A stretch of 64,000 nucleotides of DNA from positions 41,478,001 through 41,542,000 of the forward strand of contig OX597832.1 of the NCBI GenBank assembly GCA_951406725.2. Reading direction: 5' to 3'. Positions 1 through 14,197 of this stretch are shown piece by piece. Position 1 is the stretch's first letter. Every line of letters starts with the position of its first letter. This stretch comes from Octopus vulgaris (taxonomy: Eukaryota). The notes under the pieces were generated by a model. That model was not told where the DNA came from, searched no databases, and saw nothing but the letters and a program-made list of their open reading frames with translations. Position numbers and translations under genes: made by a program.

Positions 1-234
1 ACAGACAGTGTGGCTGAAACAGCAGACTGCAGATTTGTGTGTATAATCCTTTCTTATGAAGAGATTGAAAGAATCTTCCGGAGAAAGTGGATGTTAAAAG
101 CTTTGATGTTAAAAGCTTCCAATATGTGGACAATATGTGGTCCATAGTTGTACCCATGCAGGAGAACAGAAACAGAGACATAAACTTTGGTATAGCGGTA
201 GAGGGGGTTACTTAGAAAAACCTTTCTGAATCCT

Positions 235-462
235 TTAACCCTTTAGCATTCAAACTGGCCATATCCGGCCTAAATATTTTACCTCCTTTTTGTTCAAAAC
301 CATTCAGATCCAACCTCTTACCCTATCCTACAATATTATTCCCAAAGTAAAGAGTCACATCGCAGAAATCTCACAGCTATGAGATAATGCAGGATTAATT
401 CAATGCAATGTGAATAAACAAGCATCGCATTTGGTAGAATAATGTGAATACTAAAGGGTTAA
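235..462. mobile_element. piggyBac-like MITE (TTAA-CCCTTTAG...CTAAAGGG-TTAA)
   Basis: TTAA flanks and TIRs; family copies at 25609-25827, 37410-37628 and a partial one near 18800-18976. Confidence 0.75.
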
Positions 463-1526
463 AGGCTACAGAGGCCTGTCTGAGGTAGTTTAGAATTTGT
501 TTAGTCAGTGTGCAGTCATTAAAAATTACACTGCTAAGGTATACAAGCTGGGATATCAAATTAACTGCTGCTGTTTATACCAAGAAAGTGAACAGAAGTG
601 AGAGTAGTGTAGCATACCATCGAAGGATAAACTTAATTTTCTTGGATATTAACTGTCAGGCCATTTTTTAAAAAATAAACTTTTAACTGCCAAAATGGTA
701 GATTAAAGGGGTTCCGGAATGTGAGATACCACAGTACAGTCATTGGTATACCCTATATCAACGATCTGTTCGTATCTGAGCTGAATGGTGGCCTGAAGTG
801 TTCTGATGCTGAAAAGGTTTCCAGTTTAGTCCCACTATGTGACATCTTAAACAAGTGTTTTTCTACTACAGCCCTGAGCAAACCAAAGGCTTGTGAGTAG
901 ATATGGTAGATGGAAACTGAAAGAAGCTTGCTACATATGTGTGTGTTGATCAGAAAACTATTTCATCACAGGCTTAACCATTTATAGCTGAGTGAACTGG
1001 AGTGACGTGAAATGAAGAGTTTTGCTCAAGAACACAATACACAGCTGCTATGGGAATTGAAACCATGATCTCCTAATTGTGAATGTAACAAATCTAACCA
1101 CTAGGCCACATGCATACATAACATTACATACACTCGTATATCTGTCAAAAAGAGGACCTTTAGACAACTTACATGGTATAATATTACATATATATAAGAT
1201 TTATATACACACATATATATAATATTATACATAAATACATCATTTATATACATACATATACAATATATATTTATATATATTGGAGTCAGTTTTGGGATAG
1301 GATAATCCAGGCGCTTACCTTAGGAAGCACTTCTACAGACAGCAGCTAAGTGAAAATTGCACAGGGGAATATCTCCCCATGAAACTGCTGTTTCAAATAA
1401 ACAGAAAATATGCAAATTCCGTTTCCATTGTAAAATTTGAAAAATAAAAATTGAAGTTAAAAGTTAAGGATATTATTTAAAAAAAATAATACCTCAAACT
1501 CCAATCTTCAATTCATACATACATAC

Positions 1527-1586
<60 letters not shown>

Positions 1587-2489
1587 CAGTGGGAATATTG
1601 TTACATGTTTATTAAAAACCAAAACCCAAAAACAGTATACCTTATGATTCAGATTCTTCAAAAGTCCTGTGTAATGCATTCATTAACGAATGCATGAATT
1701 AATTATTCCATCTTGTCAGCAGATGCTCTTTTATGCAAATGTAATTGGCCAGTTTTAGCTGGGTCCTTCTTTGTAAATTGCTGTAAACTACTAATTTCAT
1801 TCTAGATACATGGTTACACTTTCTCCGATGAACATCTAACAAGACTAGAAACTAGTCACAACAATCCTTTTTTATGTCTATAGAGAAATATTAACTGTAC
1901 TGCATGGAACCTGTGGGGTTTTTTTCTATTTACAATGAAGACAATATTGTATGTTTATTAAAAAAGGTATACATATATACCTTACATTTTAAATCATATA
2001 TATTTTTACATATACATATATCTACATGCACAAAACATACATATATGCATATACATACAAATATATATTAAAGATGCACACACACATGAACACACACCTA
2101 TAACATGCATATATTTACATATAAATTCATAGACATGTATTTGATAAGCGCCATGTACAAAATCTTTGGCCCTTGAATCTTGTAAATTTATGCCGATTAA
2201 AAAAATAAATACATATACACACATTCATTCATACACACATGGAAGAAAGAGGACTAAATATTTTAAGCAGAGTATATATAATCTTTTATTAGAAGAGATT
2301 ACTACAGGAGTGGCTTGAAGGGCCTACAGTTCTTTTTTGTTTTTTTTTTGCTTTGTATCAATCCCAACAAATAAAAGATTATGTGTATATCTATATGTTT
2401 ACATATGTATGCAAACACATACACAGACACACATATATTTATCATCATTTCATATTCATGTTCAATGCTGACATGGAACATGTAAATTA

Positions 2490-2526
<37 letters not shown>

Positions 2527-2531
2527 AACAT

Positions 2532-2565
<34 letters not shown>

Positions 2566-2669
2566 TTATATATAAACATTATATATATATATATATTATA
2601 TATAAACATTATATATATATATATATATATTATATATAAACATTATATATATATATATTATATATAAAC

Positions 2670-2741
<72 letters not shown>

Positions 2742-2743
2742 AT

Positions 2744-2776
<33 letters not shown>

Positions 2777-2807
2777 AACATTATATATATATATATTATA
2801 TATAAAC

Positions 2808-2850
<43 letters not shown>
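2490..2850. repeat. (TA)n tract with periodic AAACATT interruptions (minisatellite)
   Basis: tataaacattatata recurs about 9 times. Confidence 0.9.
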
Positions 2851-2854
<4 letters not shown>

Positions 2855-5800
2855 TTACATGTATGTGCATATGTAGGTATGTGGTATGTATATGTGTGTG
2901 TGTGTATAATGATATCATTCAAGTCACCTGACTATACAGTTATGCCATACTCAACAACCCACCCAATTAATACTTCACCTCATCTTTGGTGAATAAATGA
3001 CTGAATGAATGAGAATAGAAACACAAGTTTGAAAAAAAAAATTGTTACGTAAATAGCAAATATGTATTCTGAAGTTGTTCATGCCTTTATGAAAAGGCAT
3101 GAATGTCACAGCCTCCTATTTTATTCTGAACCCTTTGTAATAAATTTAAAAATTGAGAAATGTCGTGTTTAACCAACATATAATCATTTGGACCACTTCA
3201 GCATTCAGACACTTGTGTCTCGTCGTTAGAAAAGGCTATCTCTTATCGTTTACCATAGATGGCTATATTGCCTTGGCACCATCCGCAGGAGGGACACATC
3301 CACTCCTTATTTCACAAACATACAGAGAGTCATTAATTTGTTTTGTCTTTTAGTTTCTTCATATTTATAGAAATACATCAATATGTGCAACTTTGGGAAT
3401 TTTTATATACTCTCTCTCTCTTTTTACTCTTTTACTTGTTTAAGTCATTTGACTGCGGCCATGCTGGAGCACCGCCTTTAATCGAGCAACTCGACCCCGG
3501 GACTTATTCTTTTGTAAGCCCAGTACTTATTCTATCGGTCTTTTTTGCCGAACCGCTAAGTGACGGGGACATAAACACACCAGCATCGGTTGTCAAGCAA
3601 TGCTAGGGGGACAAACACAGATACACAAACATACATGCACATATATATATATATATATATACATATAGTAAAGGATCTAAGAAAAAAATTCACAAATGAA
3701 ATGGAGGGGAGATGGGGTCTTTGGTATTGCTACCCAACCTTTTTGCATTACATTATAGATATAATTACTTATATATTCATATTTTTTTCCTGTCAGATTG
3801 CCTCACCACAATTTGGACTACAACCATCTAATAAGTGCTCTTCCCACTTACATTTTTCACATATATATCACTATCATTGTAATGGCCATTATTTTCTCTT
3901 CTGATTGGGGTTGAAAAGGTTTCCAACATAACACAACATGCCTTCAGTCTACACTTTAATCATTTTTCTCTGGTTGCATTGTTGCTTTACAAAGAAAGCA
4001 AGAAGAGAGGTGGAAGGGTGCAAGGAGATGTTTAAAGACACCGTTCCTCACATCCTATATTTATCTTTTTAAGAATCCACACATTCCGTATATGTCACTA
4101 TTGAATCTGGAGATCATTGGCGACTTGCTTGGAGATTACTGCTGTTATATTTAGAGATTAACACAAATATAATCCTGGATTACTTCTACTACTATTTCCA
4201 TGGATAACCGCTGATCTATCCACATTATATTGCCACAAATACAACCATAGCGACATCTAAAGATTTATTAATGCTTTACTTACAACTACTATGTGAAGAT
4301 GCATGGCTGAGTGGTTAGGGTGTGTGGCTTATAATTATGATGTCATAGGTTCAATTCTTGGAGCAGGTGGCATGTTGTGTCCTTGAGTAAAGAACTTTGT
4401 TCCACGATGCTCCAGTCTACTCAGATGAAAATGAGAATCAACCAGAGTGCTAGTTGCAGCTCTCTCTCCCTCCAGCGGTCACATCATGCTGTGCTGCTGG
4501 TCAAATGCTCTAGCCAAGATTATCACAAATATAGAGTAAAGTGAACACAGGCAAACAATTTTAATTAATTAAAAATTAACTCTACAATGAGGAATAAGAA
4601 GCCATAAGCCTAACTATTATAACAAAGAAGACAACACTGAAATTTGAAAAAAAGAAAAAAAACTGAAAATTTGCATGTTTCAATCTTATTAGACCTTCTC
4701 AGCAAAGAATCATCTTTACTTATACTACGTCATGAATATAGCAATGTGTTATTATATCTGTGGGTAACTTTGGTTATATCCATGGATAATTTTTGCTATA
4801 CCCAAGAATTATTCCTACAGAGCTGGTACTACACACTAGACAAACTAAGAAATCACTTAGGGTTCTAAACACTAGGGGTACTGCACAAATTCTGAGCAAC
4901 TTTCATTCTGGACAGAGTTGTGGATATAATCTTATCTTGACTTTCTTAATACCCAACTTCTGTCACAACTAATTGAAAATGAGAGAGCCTGTATAGAGTC
5001 ATTCAACATGGTACAAATAGCTACCAAATTTGCCTCAAATTACACACTACCATTAAAACAAGAAGGAAACATAAGGTAATGTAGTTCTAGACACATTTAT
5101 CAGAATAGCTGGAATAAAAGATGTGATGGCTGCTACTACTGTGACCACTAACATTACTGCTACTACTACTACTACTACTACTACTGTCACTACCACCATA
5201 TGGCTTTTTCCATCATTATGAATGACTCCTGAATGTCAAGATTGCTAGTAAGGACCAACAGGCAATTACCGCTGCTAAAACTGTTACTACTATGGTTATG
5301 ACCCAGCAGCAAACCAACAACCACTACCATGTGAATTTTTCATGAAAAATGTGAATTTTCAAAACTGCTATCATGAAAGAGTAATTTAATTCTATTTAGT
5401 TTCTTTTTCTTATTGCATGACTAAATAGTCTTAAATAATTGAAACTGGTAGCAAATTTTGATAAAAATGTAAATATTAATATTTTTCTCCTTTTATTCAT
5501 GATAGGTTCTCAAAACATTTTCTGCTTCTGTTTAAAACAGACATACACACATATTTGTTTGTTCCTTTAATGTCTGTTTTACCACGCTAGCATGGGATGG
5601 ATGTGGACTTCTTTGAAATAGGATCTTACATACAGCCAAGATGCTCTTCCTGTCATCAGCCATTGATTTATTTTTCAAATAAATCCATTTTTTTTAATAT
5701 TCCACTGGTTGTAATGTCAAGAAAAAATTTAAACACCACATCACTGTTTCACTCACCTGCTGACAAGCAATGCCATGTAATGTCAATATCCAAGGTAGAC

Positions 5801-7093
5801 TTAAATCTGTCACCTGATTTAACACCACCATTTGGCATCTCAGGTGTCTTTAGCAGAGTCTATTCTGTTGCAAGTATTTGGGTCAGGCCCCTCCCCCCGT
5901 TTGAGGATACCCTGCCCCTTTTACCAATCTCGAAGACCTTGTATAGGGACACGAGCACTGCTCTTCTCTCCTGACTATAAGATAAAAACAAAAATCCCAT
6001 ACTCACACAGATATATTCACATGATGGTCTTTGATGGGATTCCGTAGGGTTTCTGTCTATCAAGTTTACTCACAAGGCAATAGTCAGTCCAAGACATTAT
6101 ATATATTCATAGCATAAAATAAAACAAAAGCAATACTAAGCAATGACAACAAATAGATGGGAATTACTTTTGATAAATAAGTAAATTTGAAACAAAATCA
6201 AAATGATAAACTACAATGAGATTTAAGCATATTTAACTGATGATTTTTTCTTGAAGTATTTTATGAACAACCAAAGGTGTTATAACCATTTGCATGTACA
6301 TGTGTGTGTGTTTGTATGAGTGGAGAACAGGTAATTTGAATCCTGAATGCATTAAAAATAAAGAACACACATATATACATAAAGTACAAATTTACACATA
6401 TATACATAAAGTGTATATATTTATACACACACACACATGCACATATATATGAGTATAAACAAAATAAAATTTTAAATGACAAATAAAAATCCGATAACCT
6501 CCAACAAGTATTGAACCTGGCAGCTCATGAACACCAACTTACTACATTAGATGAACAGATACCATTATTACTATTCATCAATTAAGCCTAATGAGAGTTT
6601 GCTGAGCCAAAGTGGGTACTTTTACACCAGTGATGGGCAAACTGAGGCCTGCAAGACTTTCTGAATGGGTTTTAAAAATTATCAAGAACTGCCTGATAAT
6701 GAACTGCGTATGTCTCATGTGGCCTACTTCTTGAAAAAGGTTGACCATGCCCGGTATACTTGGTCTCTCAACTTGCTAGAAATAGCAGCTAATTCTCCTT
6801 CAAGTCACACCCTAGCATCCCAGAAAAAAAAAAAGATATATTAAGTGGTGTATTTTTTCTAAATACATTATGCCTGAAAACGTGACAGGATGGTCATTAC
6901 TGGAACATCTTTGCTCATTGTTCTGCTGTATCAAAATTGACTCAGATGCCAATTAACAACAGAGATCTTGTACAATGTACTATTAATTAGTTCATCTCCA
7001 TTATTAGTACTACAACAGTTACTACTGCAAGTAAATTCACCAATCACTTGAATTAGTATTGATTTCATTCAGTTGTCATGTCTATGGCAATAT

Positions 7094-7551
7094 TTAACCC
7101 TTTTGACACTGACCTTTCTGAGACTGCCCCTGGTTCCCCTGGTTCTATGATATAAACTTCCTGTCTTTGCGTGATCTACAAACCTTCCATCAAGGTTTAA
7201 TTTGTAAAGATTTCATGTTAATTTACGATCTAAATACCAGATTAATAATGGTTTCAAATTTTGGCACAAGGCCAGCAATTTCGGAGGTAGGGGTTTGTGA
7301 GTTAGGTCAATTACATTGACCTCAGTGCTCCACTGGTACTTATTTTACTGACTCCCAAAGAGATGGAAGGTAAAGTTGTCCTAGGCTGGATTTGAACCCA
7401 GAATGTAAAGACAGATGAAATGCTACTAAGCATTTTGTCTAGTGGGTTAATGATTCTGCCAGCTCATCACCTTAAATACCAGATTAATTTTCAACATTAA
7501 TTAAAACAAAGGCAACAAATTTCAACAGAGATACAGTAACAGAAGGGTTAA
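7094..7551. mobile_element. piggyBac-like MITE containing a SINE insertion with a 16-bp TSD
   Basis: TTAA-ccc...ggg-TTAA; TSD taaataccagattaat at 7231-7246 and 7473-7488. Confidence 0.7.
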
Positions 7552-9406
7552 GTTCTTGACTCTGCCTTCTTTGAGTATCATTTTAGTTTCTCATCTGCTT
7601 GGTTGACTTAGAGGAGAAAATTTAAGATAACCGAGGGAGGCAAAGTGCAACTGAAATTATGGCTATTACCAATTGTGACATTGCAATTGACGTGAATACA
7701 ACCTCAAAAGACAAATCTATATATCTTGTAGGTTTTTCAGTCATTGAACTGTGGCCATGCTAGGGTATTGCCTTGAAGGGTTTAGTTGGACAAATCAACC
7801 CCAGGGCATATCTTTTGCCAAATTGCTAAGTTACAGGGAATATAAGCAAATCGACACTGGTTGGGAAATGATGGGAGGGAGGGACAAACACATACATACA
7901 CACACACACACATATATATACATACATACACACTTAATAGGCTTTCATAATTTTCATGTACCAAATTCACACACAAGGTATTGGGCAGTCTGGGGCTATA
8001 GTAGAAGACACTTGCCCAAGGTGCCTTGCAGTGGTTGGTACTGAAGTGAACCTGAAACCATGTGATTGCAAAGAGAATTTCGTAACCACAGAACCATGAA
8101 AAAAAAAGAAAAATATATATCAAAAACAAAATGAAGGGAAAAAAAGATAAAAGAATGGAATCACAAAGAAACAAATATTTGATAAACTCACAAGAGATTT
8201 TTATCTCCATTTTGCAGAACATCTTTGTTTTGTTGTCATAAAAAAAATTAAAAAAATGAAATTAAATCAAAAAAATAATAAAATGAAATAAATTTATTGG
8301 CCAAACCAAGAAAAATGAAATGGTGCTCTTCCCCATCTTTTACAGCAACAACAACAACAACACAAAAAAATAACACAAAAATAACAAATGTTGAAGGTGA
8401 GAATTTGTTTTCGTTTTTTTTTATATTTTTTTTTGTTTTCTCTCTTTTTTTGTTTTCTTGCATTGTTCCAAAATAATATATAAAGAACAGAGAATGATTG
8501 ATGAGAAGAGAACCAAATATTTTATGGGTTCTACGGAGTCATAAAGCAGTGATCAAGATGATTCTAAACAGTTCAATGGAAACATTTGCAAGGGTGGACT
8601 AACCCGCCCCTACCCCACTCCATCACATTCATCTGCCTCGGTAATCTATCCGACCCTTTCCTTTTTCTCTTTCACTCTATCTCTCTCTCTCTTTCTTTCC
8701 AACCACAAATCTCTCTGTCTATTCCTTTCCCCCCCTCTCTCTCCAGTACTCTCTCTCTTTCTACTTTTTACTAATTACATCAACCTCTTTCTCTCTCTCT
8801 CTCTCACACTCTACCTCCATTCATTTACCTATCACACCCCCACCCCATAATGTACCCATCGATCGTTAGAGGAATTAATTCAAGTAACCTCTGCATTAGT
8901 GCCCTGTTACTGTAATTAGGATGTTCACGCTGTTATTAGTTACTTAATTAGTAGTAGTAGTAGTAGTAGTATCTGTTAACGATGCAACACTTTCCTCACA
9001 CTGGCAAATTTTGGTACGGAGTGGATTGCATACACAGTATGTGTGTGTGTGTGTGTGTGTATCTGTCTGTCTGTCTCTCTCTCTCCCTCCTTATGTAGGC
9101 AACTTTTCGTGCCTAAATGTGGTCATACAATGGTAGCAGCAGGAGATTAAGTTGTAGCTTATGATCCAAGAAGTTTCTATCCTTAAATTACACAGCCAGA
9201 GTGCTTATATGTACAATGTATGTGCGTGTGAATACACACACACACACACACACAAACATATCTACATACACACATATACATATGAAAAAATATGTATATA
9301 TATCTTCTATTTTTTTTTACTTGTTTCAGTCATTGACTGAGGCCATGCTGGGGTACCACATTGAAGAAGTTTTAATTAAATGAATTGAACGCACACAAAC
9401 AAATAC

Positions 9407-9509
<103 letters not shown>

Positions 9510-9992
9510 CTGTGATGAAATGGGAGAAGACAACATAGTAAATTTTGAAATGTTAATAAATGGACTTAAAGCTGCTAATTAAATTAATATTATTTAATTG
9601 ACTTCAGTGTAGCACTGAAACACGGGTGGTCCTGTGGCAACAGGACACACCCATATTTTATTTTTTAAGACACTCTCACAGATTTCGGAGTATATTGAGT
9701 GTACAAAAGTACCCATTTGATTTATGTTCAGGTATAAATGATTGTAATTCATCTGCACCTGAAAACTGTGGCATTACCTTGAATTTTAAACATACACATA
9801 CACACACACACACATGCAAATATTTACACAAACACACATACATGTATGCACAGCGACCTTTATATCTCTCATGCACTCCATTTTCATCATAAACACAGAC
9901 ACACACACACACACACATATATATAGTTGGAATTTACAGAAAAACAATAGACAAGCAGCTGTATTAGTTTGTCACTCAAGAAAGTGAGAAGG

Positions 9993-10031
9993 TCTTTTAC
10001 ATTTCAAGCCTATGCTCTTCAGCGGGAAAGA
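9993..10031 (-). ncRNA. Decayed minimal hammerhead-like motif in a ~160-bp insert within a CA/TA tract
   Basis: Minus strand reads tcttt c CCGCTGA a gagc atag gctt GAAAT GTA aaaga. The core has several substitutions. Confidence 0.35.
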
Positions 10032-10091
10032 ATATGAGGAAATAAACAGAGAGAGAATAAGAAAATTTGTGGATTTAGCAATCATATACGT

Positions 10092-10142
<51 letters not shown>

Positions 10143-10619
10143 CATATATGATTATACACACATACATATATACATATACATATATATATATATACACATA
10201 CATATATACACATACATATATATATACATATATATACACATACATATATATACACATACACACACACATATATATATATACACATACATATATACACACA
10301 TACACACACATACATATATATATACATACATATATACACATACATATAAATATATACATATATATATATATACACATATACATACATATAAATATATACA
10401 TACATATAAATATATAAACATACATATATATACATATATATGTACATAGATACACATATATATAATTATGTACACACACACACACACATGAACATGTGTG
10501 TGAATGCGTTTGTTCCTGCTTTATGCTTCATATGGTGTGAGTGGCATTGTTAATATACAAAAAACAAATCACAAAATATTTGAATATTAGTGGAAATAAC
10601 ATAGTGGGTCACATTATTA

Positions 10620-11278
10620 AGTAGAAACAGTAATAGTAATATTAGTGATTGTAGTAGTAGTAGTAGTAGAAGTAGTAGTGGTGGCGGTGGTGATGACGGT
10701 GAATATTTGGAGGCAGTAGTAGAGTTTTAGATATCGGTTAAAATAGTACTGGTATTAGTGTGATAACAGTGTAGAGTGTTGGTGAGAGTGTGATGTTCTT
10801 GGCAATAATATTTTGGTGCTTAAAGACGGCAACAGTGTTGTGGTACCAGTGGTAGTGTAGCTGTGGTGACGTTGGTGGCAACGAGGTTGTAGCGTAGTTG
10901 GTAGTGTAGCAATGTTCAAAGTAATAATGTAGTGCTTTGGATTTCGTATCAGAAGTAGAAGTAGTGATGCCATGTAGCAGGTGTATGTATTGGTAGTAGT
11001 ACAGTCGTAGTGGTAGTGTTATGTAGTTGGTGTCTGTTTTGGTAGTAGTTCAGTCAATAATGGTAGTAGAAGTAATAGTTGTGGTGGTGGTAGTATAAGA
11101 GTTGTAGTGTTGTTTTGTATTAGGAGTAATGGAGAAATAGCATGGGTAGTAGCACAGTAGTGGTTTTTGTATCTGTATTGGTTGTTAAGTGATTGTGATG
11201 TTGGTGGTGGTAGTAGTAGTAGTAGTGGTAGAGGTAGTAGTAGTAGTAGTAGTTGTAGTAGTAGTAGTAGTAGTAGTG

Positions 11279-11314
<36 letters not shown>

Positions 11315-11713
11315 ATAGTAGTAGTAGTAGTGGTAGTGGTGGTAGTAGTAGTGGTGGTAATAGTAGTAGTAGAGGTGGTGGCTGTGAAGCCTGGCATCTC
11401 ATCTCCAGGCAATGACTTCCTTTAGACATCAACAGGAAAAACAATTACACTACAGCCAACCTCGGTCAGCTCACATTCCCATGTGGCCCCTGCAGTTATA
11501 CCTGCCCCTCCTGAATTGGGCTCATCAGGCATCAGCCACCCTGCAACAGATGTGGGCACCCTCCACCATGTAAATCTTCATTCACAAAGTCAAGCCAAGA
11601 GAGAGAGAGAGAGACAATAGTGGTGGTAAAATAGTAGGATTGGTATACATAGTGGTACAAGTATGGTATTGGTTTCTGCATTTGTAGTGGTAGTATACTA
11701 GTGTTGGTGCTAC

Positions 11714-11756
<43 letters not shown>

Positions 11757-11760
11757 TTTA
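10620..11760. repeat. Long degenerate (AGT/GGT)n trinucleotide region
   Basis: gtagtagta arrays; the source of the poly-V/T/S/L ORFs. Confidence 0.9.
11380..11600 (+). mobile_element. RTE-type LINE 3' end remnant
   Basis: Translates to FPCGPCSYTCPS*IGLIRHQPPC, resembling the C-terminal zinc knuckle of RTE ORF2. Confidence 0.5.
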
Positions 11761-11978
11761 GTACTTATTACATGTGACTGAATGTGTTGTTTTTAACTAT
11801 GTTAGTATTTTTGTTACTTTGTTACATAAAACAGTGAAATGCTTTATATATCATCTCAGCGGGTAACAAGGTAGTTACTGTTTAGTGTGTATATCAGCGT
11901 GTGTGTATGTGCGTGCATACATACTTATATACATAAACATATATAAACAGATGCATATATACACACACACACACACAC

Positions 11979-12017
<39 letters not shown>

Positions 12018-12022
12018 GTATG

Positions 12023-12067
<45 letters not shown>

Positions 12068-12078
12068 ATACATGTATG

Positions 12079-12114
<36 letters not shown>

Positions 12115-12177
12115 GGTCCCGGGTTGAGTCGGGGTTAACCACAGTAAATAAGGTACTTAATACATAGCAGAGTAAAT

Positions 12178-12313
12178 TAATTTATTTTATAGAAGGAGCT
12201 TCTACAGGACTAGAACTGTTTCATTCAAATGAAATCATCAGGAAGCTTCCTGATGATTTCATTTGAATGAAACAGTTCTAGTCCTGTAGAAGCTCCTTCT
12301 ATAAAATAAATTA
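12178..12313. ncRNA. Perfect 136-bp palindrome carrying a hammerhead-ribozyme-like motif on each strand
   Basis: Centre ggaag|cttcc. + strand reads agcttc CTGATGA tttcatttgaat GAA ACAG ttctagtc CTGT A gaagct, then AATAAA (12305-12310) and (TA)n. Confidence 0.65.
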
Positions 12314-12395
12314 TATATATATATATATATATAGATAGATAGATGGATAGATAGATAACGAAGTAAAATTGTAAGGTACCACACAAGTGAAAATA

Positions 12396-12612
12396 TATAT
12401 GAAAGAAGGTTTGAAAATGCAAAGGTCTTTTAGAGATGTTTATTGACTTCCAGCTTCACTTCTTTAGAAAAAGGTTATCACAAGTAAAATATAAAGCTTA
12501 TACAAAGCTTTATAATTTACTTCTGATAATCTTTTTCTAAAAAAAAGTGAAACCGGTCAAGTTAATAAACCTCTCTAAAAGGCCTTTGCATTTTCAAACC
12601 TTCTTTCATATA
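12396..12612 (+). ncRNA. Imperfect fold-back element with a minimal hammerhead-like motif (12519-12562)
   Basis: actt CTGATAA t cttttt..aaaaag t GAA ACCGGT C aagt t AATAAA. Arms run tatatgaaagaaggtttgaaaatgcaaagg / cctttgcattttcaaaccttctttcatata. Confidence 0.6.
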
Positions 12613-13159
12613 CATATATATATATATACACACACACACACCACATGTATGAATATATATGTATAACACATACACATGCATACATACATTCATTCATTTG
12701 AAGTGAAAGTTTCCAATTGTCCCATGCCTGAAGGTTCTGGAGAAACTAAGAAGGGATGAAATGAAGTAGTTTCACTTCAAACAGATGAGTGAAATAAAAG
12801 TATCTTGTGTCTGTTGCATCGAATATATTCTCTCTCTCTCTCTCTCTCTGTTTCTCATATTTATATCTAAAAGTACAAACACGCAGACACACACGCATAT
12901 ATACACACACACACAAATGTATTTTAGTATCTGGATGCTTCTAACAAATAAAGTGATCAACATATCTGAAAATAGTGGGAAGGAATTGTTGGTGCTTTTC
13001 CAAACAGTGGCAGAAATATTCGATTTAATGAAAGAAAACAACAACAAAAATGGAGGAAGTTAAACAACAACAACATCAACAAAAATCAAATGGCTGTGAA
13101 CAGTATATATATATATATATATACATATGTGTATATATATGTGTATATATATGTGTATA

Positions 13160-13336
<177 letters not shown>

Positions 13337-13699
13337 TAGGTGTGTGTATGTGATGTTAGTGATTTATTCCCTGATAATTTGATATTCACCCACAACAAGA
13401 AATAAAAGACAAATCAGAAATATCCAGTTTTTTTATAAAAAAAAAAAAGAGCTCTCTCTGAGGTGGTGGTCATCATGGGTGTTAGGTTTTTTTTTTTTTT
13501 TCTTTTTTTTTCAGTGATTATCAATCTTGTTATTGTTGTTATTAATTTTGGTAATTTTCGCCGCTGGTTGGTCAATTTGAATAAAATGACTCCATGCAGA
13601 TAAAATATGATGGTTGGACATCAAAATTCCTCAATCACAAAGAAAGGAGTGATTGAGAAGAGAAAAATATGGACAAAACATGAAGAAAGTTGTTCAGTT

Positions 13700-13705
13700 T
13701 TTATT
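13700..13705 (-). terminator. Candidate polyadenylation signal AATAAA about 70 nt after the SLC16 stop
   Basis: tttatt on the + strand. The context is AT-rich, so a chance match is likely and the 3'UTR may be longer. Confidence 0.25.
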
Positions 13706-13776
13706 GTTGTATTTTTTTCTTTGTATATATTTATATATTTATATATATATATATTTTTTTTTCTGGGATTTATCTT

Positions 13777-13878
13777 CTATACACACACTCTGGTTTGGTC
13801 TGTGATTGTGGAGGGCTTGCCTGCGCAGTATATCGCTGACGTTGGGATGTGTGCTAAACACTTACTATGACTGTCTCG
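13777..13878 (-). CDS. SLC16/MCT transporter last coding exon (RDSHSKCLAHIPTSAIYCAGKPSTITDQTRVCV*)
   Basis: Strong polypyrimidine acceptor ttttttcttttctttgtacag; phase 0 open to TAG at 13779-13777; GC-richer island in AT-rich surroundings. Confidence 0.65.
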   Translation of the reverse strand, partial: RDSHSKCLAHIPTSAIYCAGKPSTITDQTRVCV

Positions 13879-13973
13879 CTGTACAAAGAAAAGAAAAAAC
13901 AATTATTCATACATTTATTAATAAAAGAATAAGGGTCACAATAAAAGAATAAGGGTGACAAATGCAAATACAT

Positions 13974-14197
13974 TAAGAGGGGCTGCTGCAAAGTTCCAGG
14001 CTTTAAGGGTATTGCAAAAGGCCTGGTTGGGGAACCAACCTTCCGAGTTCTTTTACAGGGTTTAGAAAAACTGAAGGACCATTGCAATATAAGTGTGTGA
14101 ATCTGAGAAGGGGAACATGTTGAACAAAATCACAATTAATTGATCCTCCTGTATTTTCTTCTACCCAAAGCCAGGATCTTTTCAGCACCACCTTGTA
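13974..14197. mobile_element. Mariner-like MITE of the same family as 35691-35911, opposite orientation
   Basis: gaggggctgctgcaaagttccaggctttaagggtattg...aaagccaggatcttttcagcaccaccttgta. Confidence 0.7.

Noticed and set aside
1281-1515. Possible hammerhead in a TA-flanked insert (gggga..tcccc atGAAACtgctGTT)
   Set aside because: No CUGANGA core and no stem I.
3905-3955. Minus-strand CTGAAGG...GAAAC
   Set aside because: Core mismatch and no convincing stems I or III; likely chance.
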